This document shows, in pieces, positions 21,431 through 30,765 of a stretch of 52,001 nucleotides of DNA. How positions within the stretch are numbered: position 1 is the first letter of the stretch; every line of letters begins with the position of its first letter. A program made the position numbers and the translations under genes. Under the pieces are notes generated by a model. That model was not told where the DNA came from, made no database searches, and saw only the letters and a list, made by a program, of their open reading frames with translations. This stretch comes from Chloroflexota bacterium (GTDB lineage: Bacteria > Chloroflexota > Limnocylindria > Limnocylindrales > Limnocylindraceae), in contig JAPLHQ010000018.1 of assembly GCA_026389555.1 (NCBI GenBank), positions 1 to 52,001 on the forward strand, written 5' to 3'.

Positions 21431-22585
21431 CTACTCGAGGGGGAGCAGCACCTCGAGCGGCACCCACGAGGCCCCCACTAAATCAACGCTTGCCGGAAGG
21501 TTCGCAAGAGCAAGCTCTAAGACGCGTCGGTCGATCAACTCGTCAATACTTGGCGCACTTGACGCACGTCCAACCTCAACCGCCTGTGCGACCGCGGCTG
21601 TCAGCGCCTGCTCGTCAATATCGAATGCACCGTTCGGTGCAGGCCAGAGTGTGCCGTTAAAGGCGTTCACCGACCAGAGCAGTCCGTCACCATAACGATC
21701 GGCAATCCCAGAGTCTTCCAGCACCACGGCGCAGGCGGCTGCATCATCTCTGCATGCAGCGAGGCCATCTGCAATGGCGATCAGGGTAAGCGCCAGAGCA
21801 ATGCGGTGATCTTCGTTCTCTAGCGTACTGCGCAGCGCCCAGATCCCAATCCCAGGTGCTGCAGCCGTTAGCCCGCTCTCATCTGCCAGCGCAACGGTAC
21901 CGTCGGGTCCAACTGGAAGGCCGCTATCGAGGTCATAGAACTCCTGAAGACGTGCTGCACCGTCATAGCTTGTCACCGCGGTAGCGGCGTAGGTGCCATC
22001 AAAGAGGCCGTACGGATCAAATGGGAGCGAAGAGTCTTCAGGGAAAGAGATCATGACACCTGATGGATCAAGCCCTGCGGCACTCAACGCTGCAAGAAGT
22101 GGCACGTCGTCGCCTGGTCGCCCCTGGACAAGGAGTGAGCCGCCAGCTAGATCACTGAGTGAGGTTGCCCCCTTCGCTGGGGCAGCAAGCTGCATCCCAT
22201 AGGTGCGCTGAAGCCCTGCGATCATCACGAGGTCGTTCCCCGCCTCACGCGCAATCAGTGCCGCGGCAGGTGTGGCGAAGAAGAGATCGGTCTGCCCGTC
22301 GCGATCGCGCACCGCAAAGGCATCTTCGCCTGCGTATGGGATCACGATCTCCACTGAAACGCCGGCTCCCGCAATCGACTCTGACCCTGCCGCCCGCGTC
22401 ACCGCCGAAGCGAGCGCGTCTGGGGCGCCTGGGAGGTGAACCGCGACCGCGATTTCTCTTGAAGGGATCAGTGATCCAGCGATCGAACTTGCGCTCGGTT
22501 CAACGCTGCCACCGATCGGTGGTCGACACGCCGCGACGATGACGAGTGAGAGGGCGACGCGTGCCGCCATGCGAAGCGCGTTCAC
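21431..22585 (-). CDS. lipoprotein, periplasmic substrate-binding-protein-like (NMT1/SsuA-like fold suspected)
   Basis: Lipobox LVIVAAC. The blocks [48 protein letters not shown] and [16 protein letters not shown] resemble NMT1-type binding proteins. GTG 22585 overlaps the pstB TGA stop; ATG 22570 is the alternative start. Confidence 0.5.
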   Translation of the reverse strand: MNALRMAARVALSLVIVAACRPPIGGSVEPSASSIAGSLIPSREIAVAVHLPGAPDALASAVTRAAGSESIAGAGVSVEIVIPYAGEDAFAVRDRDGQTDLFFATPAAALIAREAGNDLVMIAGLQRTYGMQLAAPAKGATSLSDLAGGSLLVQGRPGDDVPLLAALSAAGLDPSGVMISFPEDSSLPFDPYGLFDGTYAATAVTSYDGAARLQEFYDLDSGLPVGPDGTVALADESGLTAAAPGIGIWALRSTLENEDHRIALALTLIAIADGLAACRDDAAACAVVLEDSGIADRYGDGLLWSVNAFNGTLWPAPNGAFDIDEQALTAAVAQAVEVGRASSAPSIDELIDRRVLELALANLPASVDLVGASWVPLEVLLPLE

Positions 22586-23475
22586 CCGAATCGGCCTGCG
22601 ACGTAGCTTTCCGTCAGCGACTCCTTCGGGGAGGTGAAGATCATCGGTGTTGGGCCTGCCTCTACGAGATAGCCGGCTCGGTTCTCGTCCATGGAGAAGA
22701 AGGCGGTTGAGTCAGAGACGCGTGACGCCTGCTGCATGTTGTGCGTCACGATCACGATCGTGTAATCCGCAGCGAGTTCGCGAATCAACTCTTCAATCTT
22801 GAGCGTTGCAACAGGGTCAAGGGCCGAACATGGCTCATCCATTAGCAAGACACGCGGCTGAACCGCAATGGCACGAGCGATGCAGAGGCGCTGCTGCTGG
22901 CCACCAGAGAGCGACGTTCCTGGTTGCTTCAGCTTCTCTTTCACCTCATCCCATAGTGCTGCGCGACGCAGTGAAGACTCAACGACGCCATCCATCTCAC
23001 TCTTTGGCGTGCGCCCCAGAAGGCGAAGGCCTGCAGCGACGTTCTCGTAAATGGACATGGTTGGGAATGGATTTGGCTTCTGGAAGACCATCCCGATGAC
23101 ACGACGCACTCGCACCGCATCAACGTCAGCGTCATAGAGATCGATGCCATCGAGTGTGATCGAGCCCTTCACGGTCGCCCCCGGGATCGTCTCGTGCATG
23201 CGGTTAATCGTTCGAAGCAGGGTGGACTTTCCACAACCAGATGGCCCAATCAGCGCCGTGACGGCGCGTGGCTGCACTTCAAGTGAGACGTTGTTCACGG
23301 CGCGGAAGCTGCCGTAGAAGGCTTCAACCCCACCAAGCGCAAGGACCCCGCCCTGGTCGGCTGGGGTCGTCGCCGGCGAGCCCTGGTGCTGCTCTGCCGG
23401 CACCGCCGCCTTCGCGCGCTTCGACTTTTCGCTCACCATATCCAGCATCATCCCATCCCCTTCCAACTCCGTCAC
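22582..23475 (-). CDS. pstB: phosphate ABC transporter ATP-binding protein
   Basis: [41 protein letters not shown] and a C-terminal [10 protein letters not shown]. About 45-aa N-terminal extension. Confidence 0.95.
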   Translation of the reverse strand: MTELEGDGMMLDMVSEKSKRAKAAVPAEQHQGSPATTPADQGGVLALGGVEAFYGSFRAVNNVSLEVQPRAVTALIGPSGCGKSTLLRTINRMHETIPGATVKGSITLDGIDLYDADVDAVRVRRVIGMVFQKPNPFPTMSIYENVAAGLRLLGRTPKSEMDGVVESSLRRAALWDEVKEKLKQPGTSLSGGQQQRLCIARAIAVQPRVLLMDEPCSALDPVATLKIEELIRELAADYTIVIVTHNMQQASRVSDSTAFFSMDENRAGYLVEAGPTPMIFTSPKESLTESYVAGRFG

Positions 23476-23476
23476 C

Positions 23477-24352
23477 TCACGCCACCCGACTGTTCACCGT
23501 GCGCCAGCGCACGAGCACATTCAGCAGCAGCGCAATAACCATCAGGACGAGGGCGGTTGCCCACGCCTGGCCGATCGATCGCTCATCCGCAGCGTTCGCA
23601 TACTGGTAGATGACAATTGGCATTGCATTCATGGTGGTGCCGAAGTCAAGGAAGTTCTCGGCATTCGTGCCGCGCGCTGTCATGAGAAGCGGCGCGGTCT
23701 CGCCAAGGCTTCGGCTGGTTGCAAGGACAAGACCTGTCAACACGCCAGGGAGCGCCGTGCGCACCGTCACGAGCAGTGTTGTGCGCCAAACAGGAACACC
23801 TAAGGCGAGCGAGGCCTCGCGGATTGACGGTGGCACAAGACGCATCACCTCTTGCGTGGTGCGCATCACGATGGGCAGGGTGAGCACACCGAGTGCGGCG
23901 GAGCCAGCCCAGCCAGAGAATCCGAGAATCGGAACAAGCACCAGGAAGGCGAAGATGCCTGCAACGATGCTTGGAATCCCGAGCATGATGTCAATGACAA
24001 GCTCACCGATCGCTGCAACGCGGCGTGGAGCAAACTCACTTAAATAGACACCCCCAGCGATGCCGATTGGTCCGGTGACAAGGATCGCAAGTGCGGTCAT
24101 CTGCAGTGAACCCACAACAGCGTTGAGAATCCCTGGCTGCTGGTCGAGTGGATTATTCGTAAGGAGTGCTGGGCTAAGCCATGGAAGGGCGCGCAGCGTC
24201 ACATAGAAGACAAGGGCGAAGAGTGGGAGCACTGCCAGGAAGGCGGCCACCTGGAAGATTCGCTGCATGATCCAGTCGGTGCGCGCGCGGCGCAGGTCAT
24301 GCGCACCAGGTTGGAGGAGTGCTTCATGAAGGCTCACCCCTGGCGCACTCAT
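23477..24352 (-). CDS. pstA: phosphate ABC transporter permease PstA
   Basis: Polytopic protein. EAA-loop region [14 protein letters not shown]. Sits between pstC and pstB. Confidence 0.9.
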   Translation of the reverse strand: MSAPGVSLHEALLQPGAHDLRRARTDWIMQRIFQVAAFLAVLPLFALVFYVTLRALPWLSPALLTNNPLDQQPGILNAVVGSLQMTALAILVTGPIGIAGGVYLSEFAPRRVAAIGELVIDIMLGIPSIVAGIFAFLVLVPILGFSGWAGSAALGVLTLPIVMRTTQEVMRLVPPSIREASLALGVPVWRTTLLVTVRTALPGVLTGLVLATSRSLGETAPLLMTARGTNAENFLDFGTTMNAMPIVIYQYANAADERSIGQAWATALVLMVIALLLNVLVRWRTVNSRVA

Positions 24353-25335
24353 GAGACGATCCTTACCTGCGAGAAGCGCCGAAGTGTCAGCCGCACCGCG
24401 AGGCTAATGAAGAACGAAAGCAGGAAGAGCGAGAGTGCGAGTGCAACCATCGAAGCGAGTGGGATTGCACCCGACGTTTCGCCGATGTTGTTTGCGATCT
24501 TCGAAGCGATCGTCTGACCTGGCAAGAAGAGGCTAGACGGAATTCCCTCTGCATTACCAATCACCATGGTGACGGCGATCGTTTCTCCGAGTGCTCGGCC
24601 GAGCGCAAGGAGCACGGCACCGATCAGTCCAACGCGCGCGGTTGGGATCACCACATCGCGAATCGCCTCCCAACGCGTAGCACCCATGCCGATGTAACCC
24701 TCGCGGAGCGAGATCGGCACCGAGCGGAGGAACTCTCGGCTTACGGCAACGATCATTGGCAGGATCATGATGGCGAGCAGGAAGCCGGCACGGAAGACAC
24801 TGTCAGAGGCTGGTGCTGTTGGATCCTCAGAGAGCCACGGGAAGATCTGCCCAAAACTTGAGGCGATCCACCACTCAATTGAGTCGCGCAGACGATTGGA
24901 GAGGTCGCCGACCGCCCAGAGACCAAAGACGACCGAAGGGATTGCGGCGATGAGCTCTACGAGGAAGGCGAGTGGTGCGGCGAGACGGCGTGGCGCGAAC
25001 TCCACAAGGTAGACCGCGCCAAGGATGCCGATCGGTGCGGCGAAGATGACGGCGATCAGGCTCGTGGCCGCTGTGCCAAAGATGACGGATGCTGCGCCGT
25101 AGACCTCAAGGACGCTGCCGTCTGCCTGTTCAATGCCAGTAATCCAGGCTGGTGTGGTGAGGAAGCTGATCGGACTCTGGATCGCCCAGAGCGGTGAGCT
25201 GTACGCAATGAGATATCCGGTGATGACGAGGAGGAGAATCCCTCCTGCAGCGGCGCCGGCGGCGAGGATGCGTCGAAAGAGTGGGTCGGCAGATGCGCTG
25301 CGTTGGCGACTGAAGTCGAGTGCCGCACCGCTCAC
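24349..25335 (-). CDS. pstC: phosphate ABC transporter permease PstC
   Basis: Polytopic protein. REGYIGMGATRWEAI EAA loop. 4-nt overlap with pstA. Confidence 0.9.
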   Translation of the reverse strand: MSGAALDFSRQRSASADPLFRRILAAGAAAGGILLLVITGYLIAYSSPLWAIQSPISFLTTPAWITGIEQADGSVLEVYGAASVIFGTAATSLIAVIFAAPIGILGAVYLVEFAPRRLAAPLAFLVELIAAIPSVVFGLWAVGDLSNRLRDSIEWWIASSFGQIFPWLSEDPTAPASDSVFRAGFLLAIMILPMIVAVSREFLRSVPISLREGYIGMGATRWEAIRDVVIPTARVGLIGAVLLALGRALGETIAVTMVIGNAEGIPSSLFLPGQTIASKIANNIGETSGAIPLASMVALALSLFLLSFFISLAVRLTLRRFSQVRIVS

Positions 25336-25386
25336 CGTCGCCCCCCTTTCTGCCTGATCGTGGCTGCCACGTGCAGCCGAAGTATA

Positions 25387-25420
25387 TGCAGGGGGCGGGC
25401 CGCGTGGCCCGCCCCCTGCA
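25387..25420 (-). terminator. 15-bp GC-rich hairpin between pstS and pstC (attenuator or mRNA-stabilising stem-loop)
   Basis: TGCAGGGGGCGGGCC-GCGT-GGCCCGCCCCCTGCA is a perfect inverted repeat 20 nt downstream of the pstS stop. No strong U-tract follows. A second 6-bp hairpin lies at 25362-25378. Confidence 0.5.
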
Positions 25421-25440
25421 GAGTTCGGAACCTGTTCAGA

Positions 25441-26775
25441 TCACGGCCAGACGACCACCCCGTTGAAGGTGATCTTGTGCAGCTCGGCGATCGCTTTTGC
25501 CCGTGCTGCAACTGGGATTGGTGAGTACCCCTTGTATAGGTACATCGACCCCTGCCCATCAGTGAGTGCCCAGTTCAGGAATGCAATCATTCCTTGGACC
25601 TGGCCCTTAGTGACATCCTTAGCGTTGTCGTACTCGTGGTAGACCATCAACCATGAGTAGCCGACAATCGGATATGAGTTCACGCCTGCTGCGTAAACTG
25701 GCTGGACGTAGCTAGCTGAAGGATTCACTGGATCTTCCGTTTCCACGGCTGCCTTGAGGGCAGCTGCCACGGTCGCGGTTGTCGCCTTCAAATAGACCTT
25801 CGCGCCGCTGCGCTTCGTCTTTGCTGCAACAGCGGCCTCAGAGAGACCGTACTTAGATGCGTAGGATGACTCAACGTAGGAGATTGAATAGTTCGTTGCC
25901 TTCACATACGGCGCAATGCCACCATTGCCGCTCTTGCCGGTGATCGCTGCGGCACCATTCGCCGTGCGGATCGCCGCAAAGTATGTGCCTGGCTGCACCT
26001 TCGTTGGAGCAAAGGTACCGGCAGCATCATCAAGGTTCGCCTCGGTGGACGAAGTGAAGTTGCTGTGCATGCCGCAGTTCTTCTGCGCAGCCGTAGCTGA
26101 CTTGCCAAGATACGAAGTAAAGATGTACGTCGTTCCTGAGCTATCCGAGCGGCCAACAACACTGATGGTTGCGCTCGGGAGGTTTGCTACTGAAGGGTTC
26201 AGCGCCTTGATCTTGGCGTCGTTCCACTTCTTGATAGTACCGAGATAGATTCCGCAAATCGTTTCGCCATCAAGTCGAAGGGTCGCCTTTGCACCCGCTG
26301 TGGTCTTGAGACCATCAATTCGGTAGACCATTGAAACAGGGCCAGTGATCGCTGGAATTACTGAGTACTTCGTCCCGATGTCGGTCGCGGCAATTGCAGA
26401 GCGCTCAGATGAGCTGAGCACGCCGTCGTTACCAGAGAACATCTGGGTGGAGGTGCGTCGGTTTGCACCGTAGAAGTTTGTGACTCCAGCACCTGATCCG
26501 CCACCGGAGTACCCAAGGACAAGACCTGAAGTCGAGTTGCTCGCATGGAACTGGTCGAGCGACGCAACGGTGCCCGCAGTGTCTGCATGCTCATCAGTAA
26601 AGGAGGTGAACCAATCCTTGTACTGGTTCCATGGGAAGGTTGCGCCTGAACCTTCAATCTTCCCCTTTGCATCGGGATCAATGGATGGCGCGGATCCGTT
26701 CGCAACGCCGCTGATGCCGATTGCCAGCACGAGGGCGGCGGTGATGCTGACGCGGATGCTCTTTGCGAGATTCAT
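25441..26775 (-). CDS. pstS: phosphate ABC transporter substrate-binding protein PstS (long form, 444 aa)
   Basis: Sec signal MNLAKSIRVSITAALVLAIGISGVANG. GSGATFP phosphate-binding motif. ATG at 26775 is preceded by GGAG. ORF-track start 26910 is rejected. Confidence 0.87.
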   Translation of the reverse strand: MNLAKSIRVSITAALVLAIGISGVANGSAPSIDPDAKGKIEGSGATFPWNQYKDWFTSFTDEHADTAGTVASLDQFHASNSTSGLVLGYSGGGSGAGVTNFYGANRRTSTQMFSGNDGVLSSSERSAIAATDIGTKYSVIPAITGPVSMVYRIDGLKTTAGAKATLRLDGETICGIYLGTIKKWNDAKIKALNPSVANLPSATISVVGRSDSSGTTYIFTSYLGKSATAAQKNCGMHSNFTSSTEANLDDAAGTFAPTKVQPGTYFAAIRTANGAAAITGKSGNGGIAPYVKATNYSISYVESSYASKYGLSEAAVAAKTKRSGAKVYLKATTATVAAALKAAVETEDPVNPSASYVQPVYAAGVNSYPIVGYSWLMVYHEYDNAKDVTKGQVQGMIAFLNWALTDGQGSMYLYKGYSPIPVAARAKAIAELHKITFNGVVVWP

Positions 26776-26850
26776 CGTCACTCCTACCTGTTGGCGAGGC
26801 GCCCCTGGCTCGCCATAAATTGAGGGCGCACGCACATCCTGTGGGGGGCG

Positions 26851-26879
26851 CATGAACAGACTGCTACCGCCAGGTAAAC
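26851..26879 (-). promoter_or_regulatory. candidate PHO-box direct repeats upstream of pstS
   Basis: On the minus strand, GTTTACC and GTTCATG start exactly 22 nt apart, which is two 11-nt units. They lie about 75-100 nt upstream of the pstS ATG. They resemble the actinobacterial PhoP box unit GTTCACC. Confidence 0.3.
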
Positions 26880-26893
26880 GGCGCGTTAATTTA

Positions 26894-27853
26894 TTATCGA
26901 CCCCGCCCACGGCGTGCCTGGGCCGGCCGAATCGCCTCCCACTCAGCCACGACGACGGCCCCCAGGATCGCCGCCCCTCCCAGGAGTTGGACGGGGGTCA
27001 GCCGCTCACCAAAAACGAGACCGGCCGCCACGATCGTGAAGATCGGCTCAACGGTGCTGACCAGCGCGGCGCGAGCGGCACCGAGCCGCTGGGCACCAGC
27101 GTAGAAGGCGCCAATCGGCACAATCCCGGCGATCGTTGCAACGCCGAGAATTGGAAGGAGTGCATCGGCTGGAATAGGCATTGGAAGCAGGTCGCGCCCC
27201 GCGAGAATCCGCAGTGCGAAGACGCCGAGCGCAGTGCCCGCCAGGCTGAGTGGCACCGCGGCGAGCGGTGGGATGCCACCACCGCGACTCGCGCCAGTAC
27301 CGCTCTTTGATTCGCCGCCGAGGCGCGCCGCCAGGATGATGTAGCAGCTGTAAATGATCGGCGATGCAACTCCGAGCACAAGACCGATCAGCGCTGGTTC
27401 CTTTCCAGCAGAGATGCCGCCCACGCCGAGCGCCACGCCAGTGGTAGCGATCCCAAGTGCAGCCCAGGGGCGCAGGCCAGACGGCGCATGCGCGAAGAAG
27501 ATGGAGAGGACGGCAACGATCGCAGGGTACGCGTAGGTCATAAGTCCTGCGAGTGAAGCGTCAATCCAGATCAGGCTTGCAAAGTACGTGGAGGCATTCG
27601 CCACAAAGAGCGCACCGATCGCAAGCGCCGTTAGCGCGCGACGCAACGAGAGCGAGCGGAGCGCCGCGCGCCCAGCTGGGAGTGCGAGCACGACCGCGCC
27701 AAGGATGAGTGCGGCAAGAAAGTGGCGCCAGGCGAGGAGGTCGAGCCAGTCGAATCCGGTTGGGTAGATCCACTTCGCAAAGAGCGGTCCCGATCCGTAG
27801 CCGAACGCGGAGATCGCAACGAAGAGAATCCAAGGGAGCCGAGATCCACGCAT
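26894..27853 (-). CDS. EamA/DMT family transporter
   Basis: 319 aa with 10 hydrophobic helices in two EamA-like repeats. Confidence 0.75.
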   Translation of the reverse strand: MRGSRLPWILFVAISAFGYGSGPLFAKWIYPTGFDWLDLLAWRHFLAALILGAVVLALPAGRAALRSLSLRRALTALAIGALFVANASTYFASLIWIDASLAGLMTYAYPAIVAVLSIFFAHAPSGLRPWAALGIATTGVALGVGGISAGKEPALIGLVLGVASPIIYSCYIILAARLGGESKSGTGASRGGGIPPLAAVPLSLAGTALGVFALRILAGRDLLPMPIPADALLPILGVATIAGIVPIGAFYAGAQRLGAARAALVSTVEPIFTIVAAGLVFGERLTPVQLLGGAAILGAVVVAEWEAIRPAQARRGRGR

Positions 27854-27891
27854 CTCCGCAGGATACGCGACGAACGGAGTATGATCCGAGC

Positions 27892-28851
27892 ATGTCTTCC
27901 AGTGCGCGCCTCACCTCGGCATCCCCGCTCGCAATTGCGCTGGGGATGCTCGCAATCTATATCGTCTGGGGTACCACCTACCTTGCGATCCGCGTGGTAG
28001 TTGACCCAGCTGCAGGCAGCGCAATCCCTCCGTTCACCATGGTCGCGCTTCGATTTGCTATCGCTGGCGTAGTGATGCTCGCGATCGTCGCCGTGGTGGC
28101 ACGGCCGGCGCTGCGCTCGCTGACGCGGGCACAGATCCGCGACCAGGTGATCGTTGGCCTTGCACTGAACGTTGGAGGGCTTGGGGTCACTTCGTACGGG
28201 GAGCAGACCATCCCTTCAGGAATTACGGCGCTGCTGATCGCACTCCTCCCAATCTGGGTGGCGCTGATCGGTCGCGTGGTCTACAAGGATCGCATTGCGC
28301 CGCTCACCCTCTTTGGCATTGTGATCGGCATCATTGGTGTTGCAATCCTGATCTCACCTCGTACAGATGGTGCTGGACTAGATCCACTCGGACTCGCCTG
28401 CATCCTCATTAGCCCGCTGAGCTGGGGAGGCGGGTCAATCTGGAGCCAGCGCGGTGCAGCAACACCACCAGATCAACGTGTTGCGGTCATGATCCAGATG
28501 TTCGCGGGGAGCGTTGGTGGCGCCATCGTTGCCGTACTGCTGGGTGAGCCTGCTCAGATCCGAACCGAGACGCTTGGACCAGACGTGATCTTTGCGCTCT
28601 TCTACTTGACCACTGTGGGGAGTCTCTTCGCCTACAACGTCTACACCTGGCTGCTGCGCGTAGCGCCGTTTGGTCTTGTCTCAACCTATGCCTATGTCAA
28701 CCCGGTGGTCGCCGTGATCGCTGGCGGCCTGATCCTCGCAGAGCCAATCTCCCCGCAGATTGTGCTCGGCGGTGGCATCGTGATCGCAGGGGTCGCGATG
28801 ATGGTGACCGCGCGGAGTCGCACCATTAAGGCGGGCGGCACCGCGCACTGA
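27892..28851 (+). CDS. EamA/DMT family transporter
   Basis: LAIYIVWGTTYLAIRV is an EamA-type N-terminus, and there are 10 helices. ATG at 27892. ORF-track start 27709 is an Arg-rich extension that overlaps the divergent gene. Confidence 0.78.
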   Translation: MSSSARLTSASPLAIALGMLAIYIVWGTTYLAIRVVVDPAAGSAIPPFTMVALRFAIAGVVMLAIVAVVARPALRSLTRAQIRDQVIVGLALNVGGLGVTSYGEQTIPSGITALLIALLPIWVALIGRVVYKDRIAPLTLFGIVIGIIGVAILISPRTDGAGLDPLGLACILISPLSWGGGSIWSQRGAATPPDQRVAVMIQMFAGSVGGAIVAVLLGEPAQIRTETLGPDVIFALFYLTTVGSLFAYNVYTWLLRVAPFGLVSTYAYVNPVVAVIAGGLILAEPISPQIVLGGGIVIAGVAMMVTARSRTIKAGGTAH

Positions 28852-28866
28852 GGCTAGGATGCACGC

Positions 28867-29394
28867 ATGGATTTAGCGAAGCGTCGTGCATTCACGGAGC
28901 GAGTGGTGGCGGCGGGTCACGCCGTGGGGATCACGGTGCAGCCTCGCGCCATGGCAGAGACCACAGCAACCGCCGCACAGGCGGCGGCCGCCCTCGGCGT
29001 CCAGGTGGGTCAGATCGTCAAGAGTCTCGTCTTTACCGTTGAGGGTGAGGCGAGTGCGCGTGGTGTCCTCGCCCTCGTCTCTGGTGCGGATCGCGTTGAC
29101 CTCAACGCACTCGGCGCCGCGCTCAACCTTGAGGCAGCTGAACACGTTCGGCGTGCAACGGCGGATGAGGCGCGCGCCTTCACCGGATTCGTCATCGGCG
29201 GGATCCCGCCGCTCGGACACGAACCGCTACCCGGCGCTGCACCGCTCACACTCCTCGCCGATCGCGGACTCGCCGCGTGGGGTGAGCTCTGGGCGGCATG
29301 CGGCACGCACCTTGACGTCTTCCCGATCAGCTACTCCGACCTGCTCCGCGCCGCTGGCGCACGCGAGGTTGTGATCAGCGAGTCGCCCACGTGA
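28867..29394 (+). CDS. YbaK/EbsC-type aminoacyl-tRNA editing (deacylase) domain protein
   Basis: 175 aa. IVKSLVF, GFVIGGIPPLGH and a C-terminal block are typical of the YbaK/ProX family. Confidence 0.72.
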   Translation: MDLAKRRAFTERVVAAGHAVGITVQPRAMAETTATAAQAAAALGVQVGQIVKSLVFTVEGEASARGVLALVSGADRVDLNALGAALNLEAAEHVRRATADEARAFTGFVIGGIPPLGHEPLPGAAPLTLLADRGLAAWGELWAACGTHLDVFPISYSDLLRAAGAREVVISESPT

Positions 29395-29412
29395 TTGGCG
29401 TGGTCCACGTAC

Positions 29413-30765
29413 ATGAGTAAGCCGATGCGCATCAGCAAGGTTGCGGCGCGTCGCTTCCTAGCCGAACGCCACATGCTCCTTCCGCCGCGATCGCTGCCGG
29501 CGGGACGCGGCTCAGTACTTGCACTTGTTGAGCGGCTTGGCTCGCTGCAGTTTGATCCGGTTGACCTCGCTGGTCGCAGCCACGAGATCGTCTGTCATGC
29601 ACGCATCGACGGATTCGAACCGCGCTGGGTTGACGAGCTCCTTTACGCAACGGTGCCAGCGAAGCGCGCACTGATTGAGCAGTACAACGGGGTGCTCGTG
29701 ATCATCCCCACCAACGAACTCCCCTACTACCGTCGCCCCGCAGATCGGCGTCGTGAACGCTTCTGGAGCGACGGCACCTACAAGAAGTTGAAGCCGTGGG
29801 CGGACACCGTGATGCAGCGAATTACGGCAGAGGGGGCGTTGAGCGCCGCCGACTTCGGCCCGTCAAAGATCGTCGACTGGTCGTGGGGCCCAACACCCGC
29901 CTACCGCGCGGCGCTCGAGATGCTTGCAAACTCCGGCCTCCTCTTCTTGGCACGACGCGAAGGGTCTATCCGCTGGTTCGACCTTGCCGAGCGACTCGTC
30001 CCACGCAACGTCTTGGAGCGGCGCGTCAGCGAAGAGGAGCAGATCGAACACACCTTCTTGGCACGACATCGCGACCTTGGTCTCGCCTCAGCGAACGGCG
30101 TCTGGGTACAGAACGACTGGCCGCTGAAGCGCAAGGAGCTTGTGACTCGGCTCACCGCTCGCGGCGCCCTTGATGAGATTGAGATCGAATGGCTCCCTGG
30201 CATCTGGCGTATTCCAGGTGCCGAACGCTTTGCTCTGGAGGCGGCGGTGCGCGCCACCACCGGGACACGAACGGCAGTGGCAGATCCGAACGCCGTGGCG
30301 CTCCTCTCGCCGCTCGACCCACTGATCCACGACCGGAAGCGGCTTGAGGCGCTCTACAACTTCCACTACCGCTGGGAGATCTACACGCCCGAGCGGAAGC
30401 GCGAGTACGGCCCGTACACGCTGCCGATCCATGCAGGCGACCGCTTTGTTGGGCGGATCCAACTCCGCCGCGATAAGGGCGACAAGCGCGGCACGGGAGC
30501 AGCTCTGGTGATTGACGGCCTCTGGTGGGAGCGCAGTGCGAAACCACGCAACCATCTTGATGGACTCACCCGCGCAATTCGCGCGCACCAGCGGCTCCTC
30601 GGCCTCAGCGCCGGCAGGATGCCACGCGAACTCGCTGATCGCAGCGACGGGAAGGGGCTCTTTAATAAGTTGAAACGATCTGATCTTGCCGACCGCCGCG
30701 CCGCTGTGCTTGTTGAGCCTCCTGAAGATCCAGCGGAGCAGCCGAAGAGCGAACTGGCGCGCTAG
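29413..30765 (+). CDS. winged-helix YcaQ/AlkZ-family DNA glycosylase-like protein
   Basis: N-terminus RISKVAARRFLAERHML...LVERLGSLQFDPV, with Q-F-D at residues 46-48. C-terminal YTPERKREYGPYTLPI block. ATG at 29413; TTG at 29395 is the ORF-track start. Confidence 0.7.
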   Translation: MSKPMRISKVAARRFLAERHMLLPPRSLPAGRGSVLALVERLGSLQFDPVDLAGRSHEIVCHARIDGFEPRWVDELLYATVPAKRALIEQYNGVLVIIPTNELPYYRRPADRRRERFWSDGTYKKLKPWADTVMQRITAEGALSAADFGPSKIVDWSWGPTPAYRAALEMLANSGLLFLARREGSIRWFDLAERLVPRNVLERRVSEEEQIEHTFLARHRDLGLASANGVWVQNDWPLKRKELVTRLTARGALDEIEIEWLPGIWRIPGAERFALEAAVRATTGTRTAVADPNAVALLSPLDPLIHDRKRLEALYNFHYRWEIYTPERKREYGPYTLPIHAGDRFVGRIQLRRDKGDKRGTGAALVIDGLWWERSAKPRNHLDGLTRAIRAHQRLLGLSAGRMPRELADRSDGKGLFNKLKRSDLADRRAAVLVEPPEDPAEQPKSELAR

